A stretch of DNA of 64,000 bases from Podarcis tiliguerta (taxonomy: Eukaryota): assembly GCA_965153285.1 (NCBI GenBank), contig OZ229113.1; one strand, 5' to 3'. The position numbers and the translations under genes are program-made. Below are positions 25,901 through 37,900 of this stretch, piece by piece (within the stretch, counting starts at the first letter, position 1; every line of letters starts with the position of its first letter). A model generated the notes under the pieces. The model was not told the DNA's origin. It saw nothing but the letters and a program-made list of their open reading frames with translations, and ran no database searches.

Positions 25901-28900
25901 TATCTGGTGAAGCCCTTTTAGCACCCGAACACACATACACAAACAATCAATTTGGAATGGGGAGCTATGTGCTGGCAGAGTGATGCTAGTGTCACTCCAT
26001 AGGTGGAGGCTGACACAGATGTTCTGGCCTGGGCAGTGAGAGACCTCCATTCCTTACAACCTACCCCGCAACAAGGCAAATCAGGCGGTTCAATTCTGCC
26101 CTAAACTGCTAGTGTGGGAAGCAATCTAGGATATTCCATAAAAACTTAGCCCACTACCGCAAACCCCCCGGAACAGATAATTAGTTCTCAAAACAAACCA
26201 AGACTTTTATGAAGGAGGAGTCAGTTTCAAAGTGTATTGCCATAACCATAATAAACAAGCTTAAAACTTCATTGTTGTTCAAAACAGAAACCCCTATCAA
26301 CAGGGAACAGTTATTCAGCTTTGTATGTCTGTAATCAAATTGTAATTGTTGAGAATACTTGTCCTAATGTTCTACTGTTATGAACCTTGAGAAAAAGAGA
26401 AAGAGAAAAAGATATACTTGCAAAATTAACATTAGAGAGCAAGAGAGAGAGAGAAAGGTTTCTTATTGAGGTCTACTTTGTCTGCTAAACTAGTTGGCTG
26501 CACTATGCTCTGGGCTCTTAGGAGCAAAACAACCAACAAAGAGGTCCTTTAAAAGTGAGAATGAGTATACCAGATCAAGAGGGATGGATCAAGTTTCATC
26601 GGAGAAGGTATTTGACGTGACACCTGCCTTTGCTTGCCTGCCTGCCAGTACATTTGAGAAATCCATTAGGAGGGAATGTTTGCACAAGTTCTCACCACAA
26701 CCAGCCAAAAAAACCCCAACAACCTCAGCCTTCCTTCTTCCTCTCTTCCCTGCTGTTTTCTCTATTACTGTGTCTGAACACTTCTTAACCATCTGCACAG
26801 GATTTCAAGAATCAGGTGCCCAAAACTGAAACCTCTAATGAAGTTGTCATATAATAGCAACTTTCTATTTCACTGGTCCTTGCTCTAGTAAACCCCTTTC
26901 CTTATCTAGCAAAACATAATAGTATCTCAGAGATACAATGCCATCTTTACCAAGGACTTACAATGCAAAGTTCCGTGGGGCAATGCAATGAGGGCCTGAG
27001 TGACCTACATATAATGAGTGATTATATCATAATCTGTGATTTCCAATGGTGAGGCAGGATCTACCAATATGTCATGGGTGTTTGAGAGTGGCTCGCTAGT
27101 TTGTTAGCAGGTACTGAGGACTCCAAAGCAGAAAACAGTTAAATGTGGGATCCTGTTAATCTGGCTTTAATTAAAGAACTCGCACCTAGTCCTCATGGTT
27201 TCTTGTAGTGCTATCTTGCTCAAACTGCCAAGCCCTGAGTTAAACCAAATGCCCTCTTAGCAGTGGAACCTCCCTGATCCACAGTGGGTTTGTGAGGTTG
27301 ACAGCATCCTTTCTACCCCATCATCCCACTATGATATGGGAAAATGAGAGCTCAGAAGGAGATGCTTATGACTATCGGTCTGTGGCTTCAGTAGGGTGTC
27401 AGACATCTCCTGTTCTATTCCTTTCCTTACGCTTGTGTGGAATTACCATATATACTCGAGTATAAGCCGACCCGAATATAAGCCGAGGCACCTTATTTCA
27501 GCACAAAAAAACTAGGAAAACTTATTGACTCGAGTATAAGCTGGTTCACCACACCACAAACCTGGTGGTGGCAGCAGCGGCGGAGGAAGAACAAGCAGCC
27601 CAAAAGGGCTGCTTTCGGGCTGCTGATCCCTCCACAGTCGCCTCTCCCAACCGCGGCTCCTGTACCTGCCCTTGTGAGAGGTGGGCGGCGGCAGCGGGAC
27701 CAGCGATGAGAAAGGGCTCCTTTCGGGCCGCTCGTCTCATCCACTGCCGCCCACCTCACTCAAGTATAAGCCATGGGGGGCATTTTCAGCATAAAAATGT
27801 GCTGAAAAAGTCGGCTTTTACTCAAGTATATACGGTACTACCCCAGTGCAGCAGCAGGGTGTATTCACACAACTATGATCAAGGACCTCTCTGCACATTC
27901 ATTTGAGGAATAAAGGACTGGTTCTGATCTAGAGGCTGTAAGTTTGGAAGGCGATACGAATTTTGAGAAACAATGTAGTAAACAGAAAGAAACAGCTCTG
28001 TGCTGCATCATGCCCTGCTCTAAAAACAGATTTGCTAGGTACAAAGGCTAAAAGGACTCCTTAACATCAACAAATTAGTTAAACTGAAGGGAAAATATCA
28101 CAAGATATAGATATGAAGTATTCCTTCACTGAAGCGATACGATAAGAAAAGCTACACAAATACCCCTTACTGCACCAGTTCTTAATTTTAACCTTCACCT
28201 GAAAGCTACAAATAAGCCCTTCATTTTCATAAGACTGGAGTCTGGGATTTTTGCCTGCAAAGTTTGTGATTTGGTAGCCTAGGATTCCTGACTTCTTTTC
28301 ATATGACCCGTGCTAGTGAGAGGGTGTGCTGTCTACAGTTGGACTGGATCAATGCAAGTATTCAGGCAGCCGGGACAGCAAAAACTAGAACAGCCTGTGA
28401 ACTGAAAACTATGGCCAAGTCTCTATTGGCAGACTGGAAGAGTGGAAAAATATGTTTTCTTTCTCTGGGATTTATACCAGCTCTCCAACAGCAAAAGACA
28501 GCTCTGGCTCCAAGGTTCTCCCACCCACGCTTATGGAAAAGTGACATGAAATTTCTCAAACAGGCTAATTAAAGCAAGATTGCTTCAAAAACATTTTTAA
28601 ATAAAAAACAGCTCCCTTGGCAGCACGGCAAAAAGCCTCCCCAAATGAAAAACGTATTAGCTGTCAGGAGAATATTTCCGTGCTAGTGCCTGGATTCAAG
28701 AAGGGAAGGAGGGGAGAGACTTAACAAAGACATAAAAATGATTTGCAGCAAACATGTTTAATGCTTCAGGAATGTCTCGGCATCATGCAACTAAAATAAT
28801 AATAATAAAAGTAAAAAGAAGGTGTAAAGGAGTGAACTTCAGAAAAGTGATTAATTCTTTAAAGGCAGGCTGGGGAGGGAGAGCCATGTTTCCACTGGGT

Positions 28901-31900
28901 ATTGCAGACAGATGGGAGGTTAATTCTTCACTCCCAAGATATCGATGGGACAAAAATTAAGGAGAGAGTGGTGCTGACTTTATTTTCCCATTTCTCTTTC
29001 TCATGGGACAAAATGTTAGGAGACACAGAAAACAGTGGTGGGAGAAAAGATTTGAAAGCTTGGCTGCTGACATCACACATTCATCTGATCAACAAAATAC
29101 AAATAGAATCAGGAAAAATTAATGTGCATCCTGGTGGTCCAAATTCATCACAGCCATTTTTGAATCCCAGAGCCAAGGCAAAGGCTCCAAGATTACTGGC
29201 AAAGGATATGTATGCACAAAAGCAGATCCAGAGCTTTAAACAAAAAAACAGCCAAAGTCGTCTCAGCCAATGAGCAGAGAAAGAACAGCCCAACACTTCT
29301 GCAAGCCAAGCCACTGGGGAACAACTTTCTTTGCAGATGGAATATAAAACATTTTCTGCTATTACAAGGTTTGCTTGTAGAAGGAAGACGCAACCCAAGC
29401 TCAGTTTCACAAGGGTAAGAATGGCTTTTTCATAATAGAAAAGAACCATGACTTATCTTCTGGAATGCATTTACATCTCTGCTACCTTTTTTACTTATGT
29501 CACTTTATTTTCCCCATGCCCTCAAATTCCCCAACAGGAAAACAGAGAAAATTAATCTCTGATCTATAGGAAGATCAGATTTCCACATCAATATTCTGTC
29601 ACTTTTATAATACAGTGGTACCTCGGGTTACAGACACTTCAGGTTACAGACTCCGCTAACCCAGAAATAGTATCTCGGGTTAAGAACTTTGCTTCAGGAT
29701 GAGAACAGAAATCGTGCGGTGGTGGTGCGGCGGGAGGCCCCATTAGGTAAAGTGGTACCTCAGATTAAGAACAGTTTCAGGTTAAGAACGGACATCCAGA
29801 ACGAATTAAGTTCTTAACCTGAGGTACCACTGTACTGGTGCAACTTGGTAGAGTATGCCTGCATCTTTAAAAAGTAATATGGCGTAACAGGGATATTCAC
29901 ACATTCAAGATTTGCCAGCTACATCATGCGCAGTTTGTAATGCACAGAAAGCTTATTTCAGTTGTGGCTCTCCATACATGTGGGAGGAAATGTAGCCACC
30001 TCACTTGTCATGGGATATGTTGCTAATATTAAATACACCGTATATCTGCTCATCTGAAACACACGAAACAAGCACAGGTCTATGTCTAACGCTCTGTCCT
30101 CTTGGCCTTCAACTGTCTCTTGAGAAAGCAAGTTGTAATTGTATAGGCCTGGTTCACACTTAAAACCATAGTTGAGAGAAAATTATGGCTTAATGTGTAC
30201 ACACAGCAACATGAATGCTGCAAGTGGACTCTGCTCTGCGCACTGCAGTACAAGAGGGAAAACAAGCCACTGTCTGGCTTGTCAAAGTGGCAAAACCCAG
30301 TATCATGGTTTATATCTCCTAAACAGACTACAAGCAGTAAGTCAAGAACAAAGCTTGGTTACTATTCCTAGTTTGTTTGGAGAAAAACAAAACACAAGCA
30401 TGGGTTTGGATGTCACAACAAGCCAGACTCTGGCTTATTTACATACAGCACAGTAGCAGGGGAGCAGAGCAAGAACTTTCCAGCAGTGTGCACTAGCCCA
30501 CTCTGCATTCATATTAAACTATACATAAAAACAAACTATGATCTAATGTGCCGTGCAAACAGGGTCATAGTAAATTATAGCAACAGCTCCACTTTTTTTG
30601 GGAAGAGTTGTATGACGGAGTCTAGCCTTCACTGCACCTGTAATTTTAAGATAGAAAACCCCCCAAAAACACTGAGCCTTTGCCCAATACAATTCCAAAC
30701 TATATAGGCTGAAGAAAAACATTTTAGCTTGCATCATAGGGATGTTAGGTGCTGGATAGGTGGTCTACCTACCAAAATAGTTTGTGGGGATTGGGGGAGT
30801 AGATCAATATCTTGCCCACCTGCCATATCCAGTTCCCCACACTTTAGCTAGAAGATAAAACTGTCTGTAATTACTACTGCATATTGGCAAGAGACTTTAC
30901 AACTCAGCTTCAGGATTTTTGTTTGGTTTGAAGAAGAAGAAGAAGAAGAAGAAGGGGGGGGGGGGGGAGAGAGAAGCCAAAGTGAAGAAAACAGATATAC
31001 AACAAAAAGGAGTAGTGTGTTATTACGAGCTTTGGAGTAAAACAGAACAATCGTAAAGAAAAACTGCCAGCCACTACACTGATGTTGTTTGGAACTTGAA
31101 ATCTGTGTTCTATATATAAGAAGCCAAGGAGCTCTTAAACTGAACTGAAATGTAAAATTAAGAACATCTGCTGTCAGTTTGCCTTCGGTCCCAGATAACA
31201 TATTGCTTTAAACTGGCACTGTTCTTTACTTAGTTAGTTGCCATCCATCTTGCCCAAATTTGGTGATTTTTGCAAAGTTTGTCCCCAGTTTCTGAAGGTT
31301 TGTCCTTAAGTTTGTCCCCAGTTTCTGAAGGACTCAAATCCCACGATGGATAACATTAGGCAGAAGAAAATGTACTAGACAGAAAGAAGTGCTTCTGGGG
31401 GGAAATAAATTAAAAATAATTAAAATGACCAAATCTCCAAATATATTATTACATCAAATTCAGCAAAGGATTACTGTGGAAAGATGCAAGTTCAGGAAAA
31501 GAAAATGACTAAAAGCCTCTTTTAATGCAAAGCAGAATATGATATGTTTCACTGGTAATCCACATTTAAGCTACAGGAATACAGAATGGTGGAGCACTTT
31601 GCCTGGCTTCCATTAAACTCTGGCTGCATTGCTAACTCACTTCATATACAACGTAAGCAAACCTCTTAAGAGTTGAAATGGCTATAATAGCGTAGGAACA
31701 AAGAATATCTGAGAGAAGAGCCACGTCCTACTGCAGATGTTTAAACTGACTGTTACTGTTTTGGTGTGACAGTGGTTGTGCAATCATGCTGGTCCTACAA
31801 GTCCATATAGCCCAGCAGCAACCAGCACAGAGATTGGTGCCTTGAAGATTAGGAGACTGGGACTCTTGATACACCCACAAAACATCATGGGCCAGATTCT

Positions 31901-34900
31901 GCTAAGTCATTATGCAATGGAAGTGATCACAGAGACCCTCTAGTGCAGGGCTGTCCAACAGGTTGATGGTGATCTACTGAAGAAGAAGAAGAAGAGTTTG
32001 GATTTGATATCCCGCCTTTCACTCCCTTTAAGGAGTCTCAAAGCGGCTAACATTCTCCTTTCCCTTCCTCCCCCACAACAAACACTCTGTGAGGTGAGTG
32101 GGGCTGAGAGACTGTGACTGGCCCAAGGTCACCCAGCAGCTGCATGTGAAGGAGCGGAGACGCGAACCCGGTTACCCAGATTACGTGACTACCGCTCTTA
32201 ACCACTACACCACACTGGCTCTCGATTGCGGGATGCCCCTGGTCAATCGTGGGATCCTCCTCTGCCCCCAAAAAGAAAAAAAGCTGAACAACTTTGGCTT
32301 CCATAAAAAAAGCTGAACAACCTTGGCTTCCCTACTTTTTTTATAGTGGTTGTAGATCGCAGTCTCTTGGAAGTTGGACAACCGTGCTCTACTGCAACAA
32401 GACTTCCACCCCTTCTCTGAGCCCTCCTCAAATCTGTAAGAAAACTCCCAGCATGTCAGGAAGGAGAGGGGAGATCCTCCCACCTGGCAAACAGAAATGC
32501 TTGCACTGACGGGATGATCACCTTAGCAAGATGTTGAATTCCACCCCATGTAAGTTCACAGTTCCATTATCTCCACCTTTCTTACATACCTAAAACATAT
32601 CCTCCTTCTGTTCTCAGCTGCTGTGTTCCTATGACACTGTCACTAATGTACTTTACGTGTACTTGTATACGTGCAGCCTCTCCCCCGCTCTCTACTGTAA
32701 ACCCACATCCCCAGATGCAAAGATGTGCATAGCCGCCACACATCTTTCAGACATCCTTCCCTACCTTGCATATATACATATCCTATCCAGCCTTCCAAAC
32801 TTGTGTATCACATATTCCATTTATCTCCTCACACGTCTACTATCACCATTATATAAATCCAGGAACAGTCCTATGTTTTCATTTCCTTCTCTCCCTCGCT
32901 GTAATTCTACCCTGGAAGTTCTTAGAGGGTGAAAATGGCTTTTCAACATGGAGCCAACAGCTGTATCAAGGGACTTATCAGATTAGAGGCCCTGACAGAA
33001 GCAAAATGAAAAATGAGGTTTTTTGTTGTTGAAAAGACAGCTGCAAATGCCCCCAGGTCCCCAAAGATGCCTCTGTGCAAGGGTCACTGCCCACTGCCAC
33101 TTTGCAAAAAGCTAACACCCAGGTGTCCAGCTCCAGCTGAAGGCTGCTTTGATAGCTTAATATTCAGAATGGAGCACACAAATGAAAACGAAGGATGCTT
33201 CACAAAACTGTAGGTTTTTTAGGTAATACACAAGATAATTTTGTTTACAAAGCAGACTGCCTCTTCTTCTTCTTTGAATTCTTCATATACAATGCTAAGT
33301 TCACCTGGTGTTAATTAGAACAGCCAGCTGTTTTTGTTTATGCTGAAACTGGCCCTCTTTCATTATATTAGCAAATATGCTAGTTACATATTTACTGAAT
33401 TCCACATTTTTTATCATCTTTTTTCTTGCCTCATCTTGCCACAATTTCAGTTTTGAGAGGTGTCTGCTGATAATAATTATATGCTGAAATTCAGCATTGT
33501 GCTGTGTTGAACATTCCATTCACACAAACATTGCAGCTTGCTGGACCCCCCCTCCTCCTCCCGCCATAGGCTGTTCTGGGGGTTCTCAGAACTTGCCACC
33601 AGAGCCCATTCTAGAGGGCACATAGGGGAAGAGAGGGAAACCGCACTGTGCAAGTCGAAGTACTTGCACAGGGCTTCTGCTGACAGGGAATCTGGCCAGT
33701 TTTAAACAGTTTTAAACAGGGTTCTTCCCAATCTAGCTAGCTGGAGGCAGCAAAAGATCCATTTCGGAAGGAGGGACATTGCATTGAAAATACTGTTGGA
33801 GAGAATCCTTCTGTACTTTGGCTACAATGAACCCTTCTAGCATTCCATTTGTGTGTTTAGTTTGGGGGTCTTTTATTCCAATTTTTGCTCAGAGGCAGAA
33901 AACAACTAGGATTCAAGCAACACTGAATACAGCAAATGTAGAGTGTTGCATTAGTCAGGAGGGTACAGATTAGGTCTGTTCACTTTGGAATATGAAGCGA
34001 ATGAATTTCTCAAGCATCCCTATCCTTGTGCACAGGATTTCCTATGCAACCATCAGAGTCAGAAACAGGTAGTATTTATCAGAGAATGCCAGTTCACGTG
34101 CAACATTTTCCCTTCATGAATAATATAACTGCAACAAATAAAAGATGTACACTGCCATGTGTGAAGATTATTTTCCTGTATTTATCTTTGCTTGGGAGCG
34201 GTTGCACACATTCACCAGCTAATACGAGCAACTGCAACTCTATTGTTGCTTTAACAAGTCTACCATTTCTACATTTCCTTCCCTCTGTCAAGGACTATAT
34301 AACAATAGTCAATTTATCTCTACGTTTAAAAAAATCTGCTAAAGGAATTAACGGCTAGTCTCAACTGGTTCTCCAAAGTAGCCTGAGCAGGGACCAGCTC
34401 AAGGGTGTCAATCAGCATCTCTGCACTAAAGGCAGGCATATCCCAAGGCTAAAGTTCAGCTGCCAACATGTCAAAAATATTGGCAGGGATAATCCCATTC
34501 AGACATGGTGCCTTTGGGAAACAGGAAGGGCAATGTGTAAACCTCGTAAGAAACCTTAACTGTCACCAAAGAGACGGAGATATAGTCTCTAAAACATACC
34601 TTCCAAGAACCAAAGGAGGAGGTTGTTTTTAAAAAAGGAGGGGAGGAATCCTGAATAAGGATTCTCTTGGATCCATCTTTGTTTGACAACCAGGGATGTC
34701 TGCCCACATCCCCTTTCTCTTTTTATGTGTCCCTCTGCTTCTCTCTTTCCACAATGGGCCCAGATGCCTACTCTGAATACCTCTGAACAACCTCCATTGG
34801 GCTTGAATTGCAACTTCTTTCTCAACTAAACCCCAACAGACTCCTCAATTTTTTTGAAACTTCTCCACCACATACTGTTCTAGGGCATCCTCAGGGTTCC

Positions 34901-37900
34901 TATAAGGTACTGCTCTCCTTGCCTATCTTCTGCATCCAGAAGTATACTTCACCTTTCAAACTACCAGTTTCCAAGGCAGCTTGCAACAAAACCAAGCCCT
35001 TGTTGCTCTGGCCAGTGGCAGAGATAAGGGTGACTTTTCCCTCACTTGTGCAACCCCAAGGGACATGGCAGACTTCCTTCTCCTGGTGCAGGAGAGCAGG
35101 TTCTTGCAGCTACTCATTCTCTGGTTGATGGCTGGGGCTAGGCTAGTCTTGTCCTTTCCAAGGTGTCACTTTCCTTGGAGGGCTGGGGCCAGAGGCCAGT
35201 GCTCTTTCCCTTTACACCTTTAGTCTCAATGACGCCAGCATCCTTCCCCGAAAGAATGAACACAAGTAGTTGTCTTATACCAAGTCAGATTGTTGGTCCA
35301 CCTATCTCAGAATTGTCTACAGTGAAAGTGGCTCTCCAGGATTCTGACTGGATTCTTTCCAAGATACCAGGGACTGAATATGCAACCTTTTGCATGCAAA
35401 GCATGTACTTTGCCACTAAAACTTAAGTCCCATAAGCTGCCTACCTGTCCAGCTCTCTCAATATCTAAGAGGCATTTTGCCTTTTTGTGTTCATGGCTTT
35501 CTCTCAACAGCACGTGGAGCAAATGTTCAGCAACTAGCATACAACAGAAATTGGATGGGCATCTTTTGAACAGATATCTTTTGACTATCTCTGTGTTTAC
35601 AAATGATAAGACGTAATAGATCTTCTTGCATATTATGTAGCTTATCATATTCAGTCTGTCAGTGTTCACTTCATACATGTAGGGAATAAAATTACCAGCT
35701 GCGCCTCTTCCTTTCATACACAAAAGGGAAAATATTGTGATTATCTTTTATTTAAGCAAATTTTGTTTTATGCAAAACAACAAATGAACAAACACGCATG
35801 ATAACATTAAACTATTGTTTTAAAGGCAATAATTCAAAACCTGTAACATACAGAATCTTCACTAACAATTCAACATAAGCACACTGGCAATATGGGTACA
35901 CAGTGAATCAACTCTTTCCTGTCAACCTGGTTTGAAATGGCACATGATCTAACAATGTGCAAATTTAAGCAGGCTGAAGGGAAGGGAGAAATCCAATTGG
36001 CCCTACAAGTCCACCAACAAGTTAATGTCACTCTGTCCTTAGTGTTATTTCAGTCAGTTATCAAAGCCTCTAGCCTAATTTTAGTAGGGGTTCCTTCGGT
36101 GCCCATGTTATGATGGTGCACACTGCTGAAAAATTCTCACTCCACTCCTCTCCTGGTAGTATTGCTGCCCAACACTGGGAAACAACTAGAATGGTGATGT
36201 CTGAACCCAGGTTTGTGGTTTGTGCCCATAAACAAACCACAAGCACTAAACCAAGAACAAACCTTGGTTACTACTCATGGTCTAGATTCAAATGTCATGA
36301 CAAGCCAGACTCTGAGTTGTTTCTTAGTGGTATGGCGGCAGCGAGGGAGGACTGGGGCAAGAACCATTTAGCTGCATGCATGAGCACACTGCACATTCAG
36401 TCACAGCTTGTTTTTAACTATGGCTTAATGCAGCATGCAAGCAGGATTGGCGAGTCTTGGAGTTTTCCAGTAAATATGTATGGAAGTTTAGCCTGTATCA
36501 ATGGGCTCAAATTCAAAGTGACTTGGTGGAAAATTTTATGTGTCTCCAATTCACATAAGCTCTAGAAAAACAGGTGTTACTTCCTCGTCTGTGTACACTG
36601 GAAACTTTGAATCTGGACATCTGACATCACGTTCTTGGTTGTTACTTTTCTCCATTTTTTTCTAATAGCACACATTCCTAATTTAACTATTTCACATGGA
36701 ATCTAGGAAAATATGCGTTCTGGGTCTTTTTCCATATTATTTTCACAGTCTACATTTATTATTAGCAAACAGCATACATTGTGCTGAAATATACCCGCCT
36801 CATTTAGTTTTTGCATACAAGATTATTTAATAATCACATATTATTCCCAACTATAGCTACTTCTGGAAGTGAATATTGTAAATGGCCTTTTTGTGATGTA
36901 ACATCACTAGCTAACGTCGCTGTCTTCTTAGTTTTAATTAAAACTGTTTTATTTCAACAGCAACAGTTTACAAAAGCAAGCTGGATCTGTGGACCAGATT
37001 TTATGGATGTTCAAGGAGATTTACTAGAAGCTCTGCTGTGGAAGCCTGACTCCCCTCATTCACTGAGGCTGGAATGGATAGCCATCAGCCAGGTAGGCTG
37101 AACAATGACCGCTTTGTCCAAATAAAAAACATTTGAGGGAACACTAGAAAGGCCCATAAGCAAAACAACTGTGCTAAGAGGCTGAGCAAGCAGCACTTTC
37201 CCAGTCCCTGTTAAATGCAAACCATGCTCTGAGTAATCTCATCCACCTTTTCACTCCCCTCCTCTATGAGCCCACAAGCAAAACACAGCCCCCATTCTGC
37301 TCTGGAATGCACTCTCCGAAACTTAATCTAACTGCAGAGCTCACTCCAAATCCCCAAAAGGCTTCAACCCAATGGCAGACCCCTCCCATGGAGCCTTGGA
37401 GCTGCTGTTCCATTCTCCTTTTCTAACCCGGCCCAACCTAAACATTTCACTTCTGATTAATATCTTGATGACAAGCCAATAATTCTTGGCTTTGAAACAA
37501 AACCAGCCCCTGTTTTGCACAAATGTATCTCCTTCAATCTTTTAGAGGCATATCTCCTTTCTCTATTTCCCTCCACGCCCTGTGGTGCCCTGAAGAGGGA
37601 ACCCTCCTGATACTAGTCAAGACAGGTTACTAGGCAGTTCTGTCCTATGACTCATACACATAATAGCATTTACCTTGTGGGCTTGCCATGTTAGAACTCT
37701 TGACTCTTAAACAATGCCAGCATCCCAATCTGAGTATCCTACTTAGTCCTATTGTGGGAGTGCCTATGTGAGGTCAGACAAGTACAAGGCGCTCTTCTTC
37801 ACTCCAAAATGAGGCTTGTTGCGAAGCATATGTGTAACAGTGCTAACCCAGCATGAGGCCAGCATTCACATCCAAAATATATCCTATGTCTGAGAATGAA

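Noticed and set aside
27493-27906. GC-rich ORFs and CpG-island-like patch as a promoter or gene
   Set aside because: Lies within a TIR- and TA-bounded MITE.
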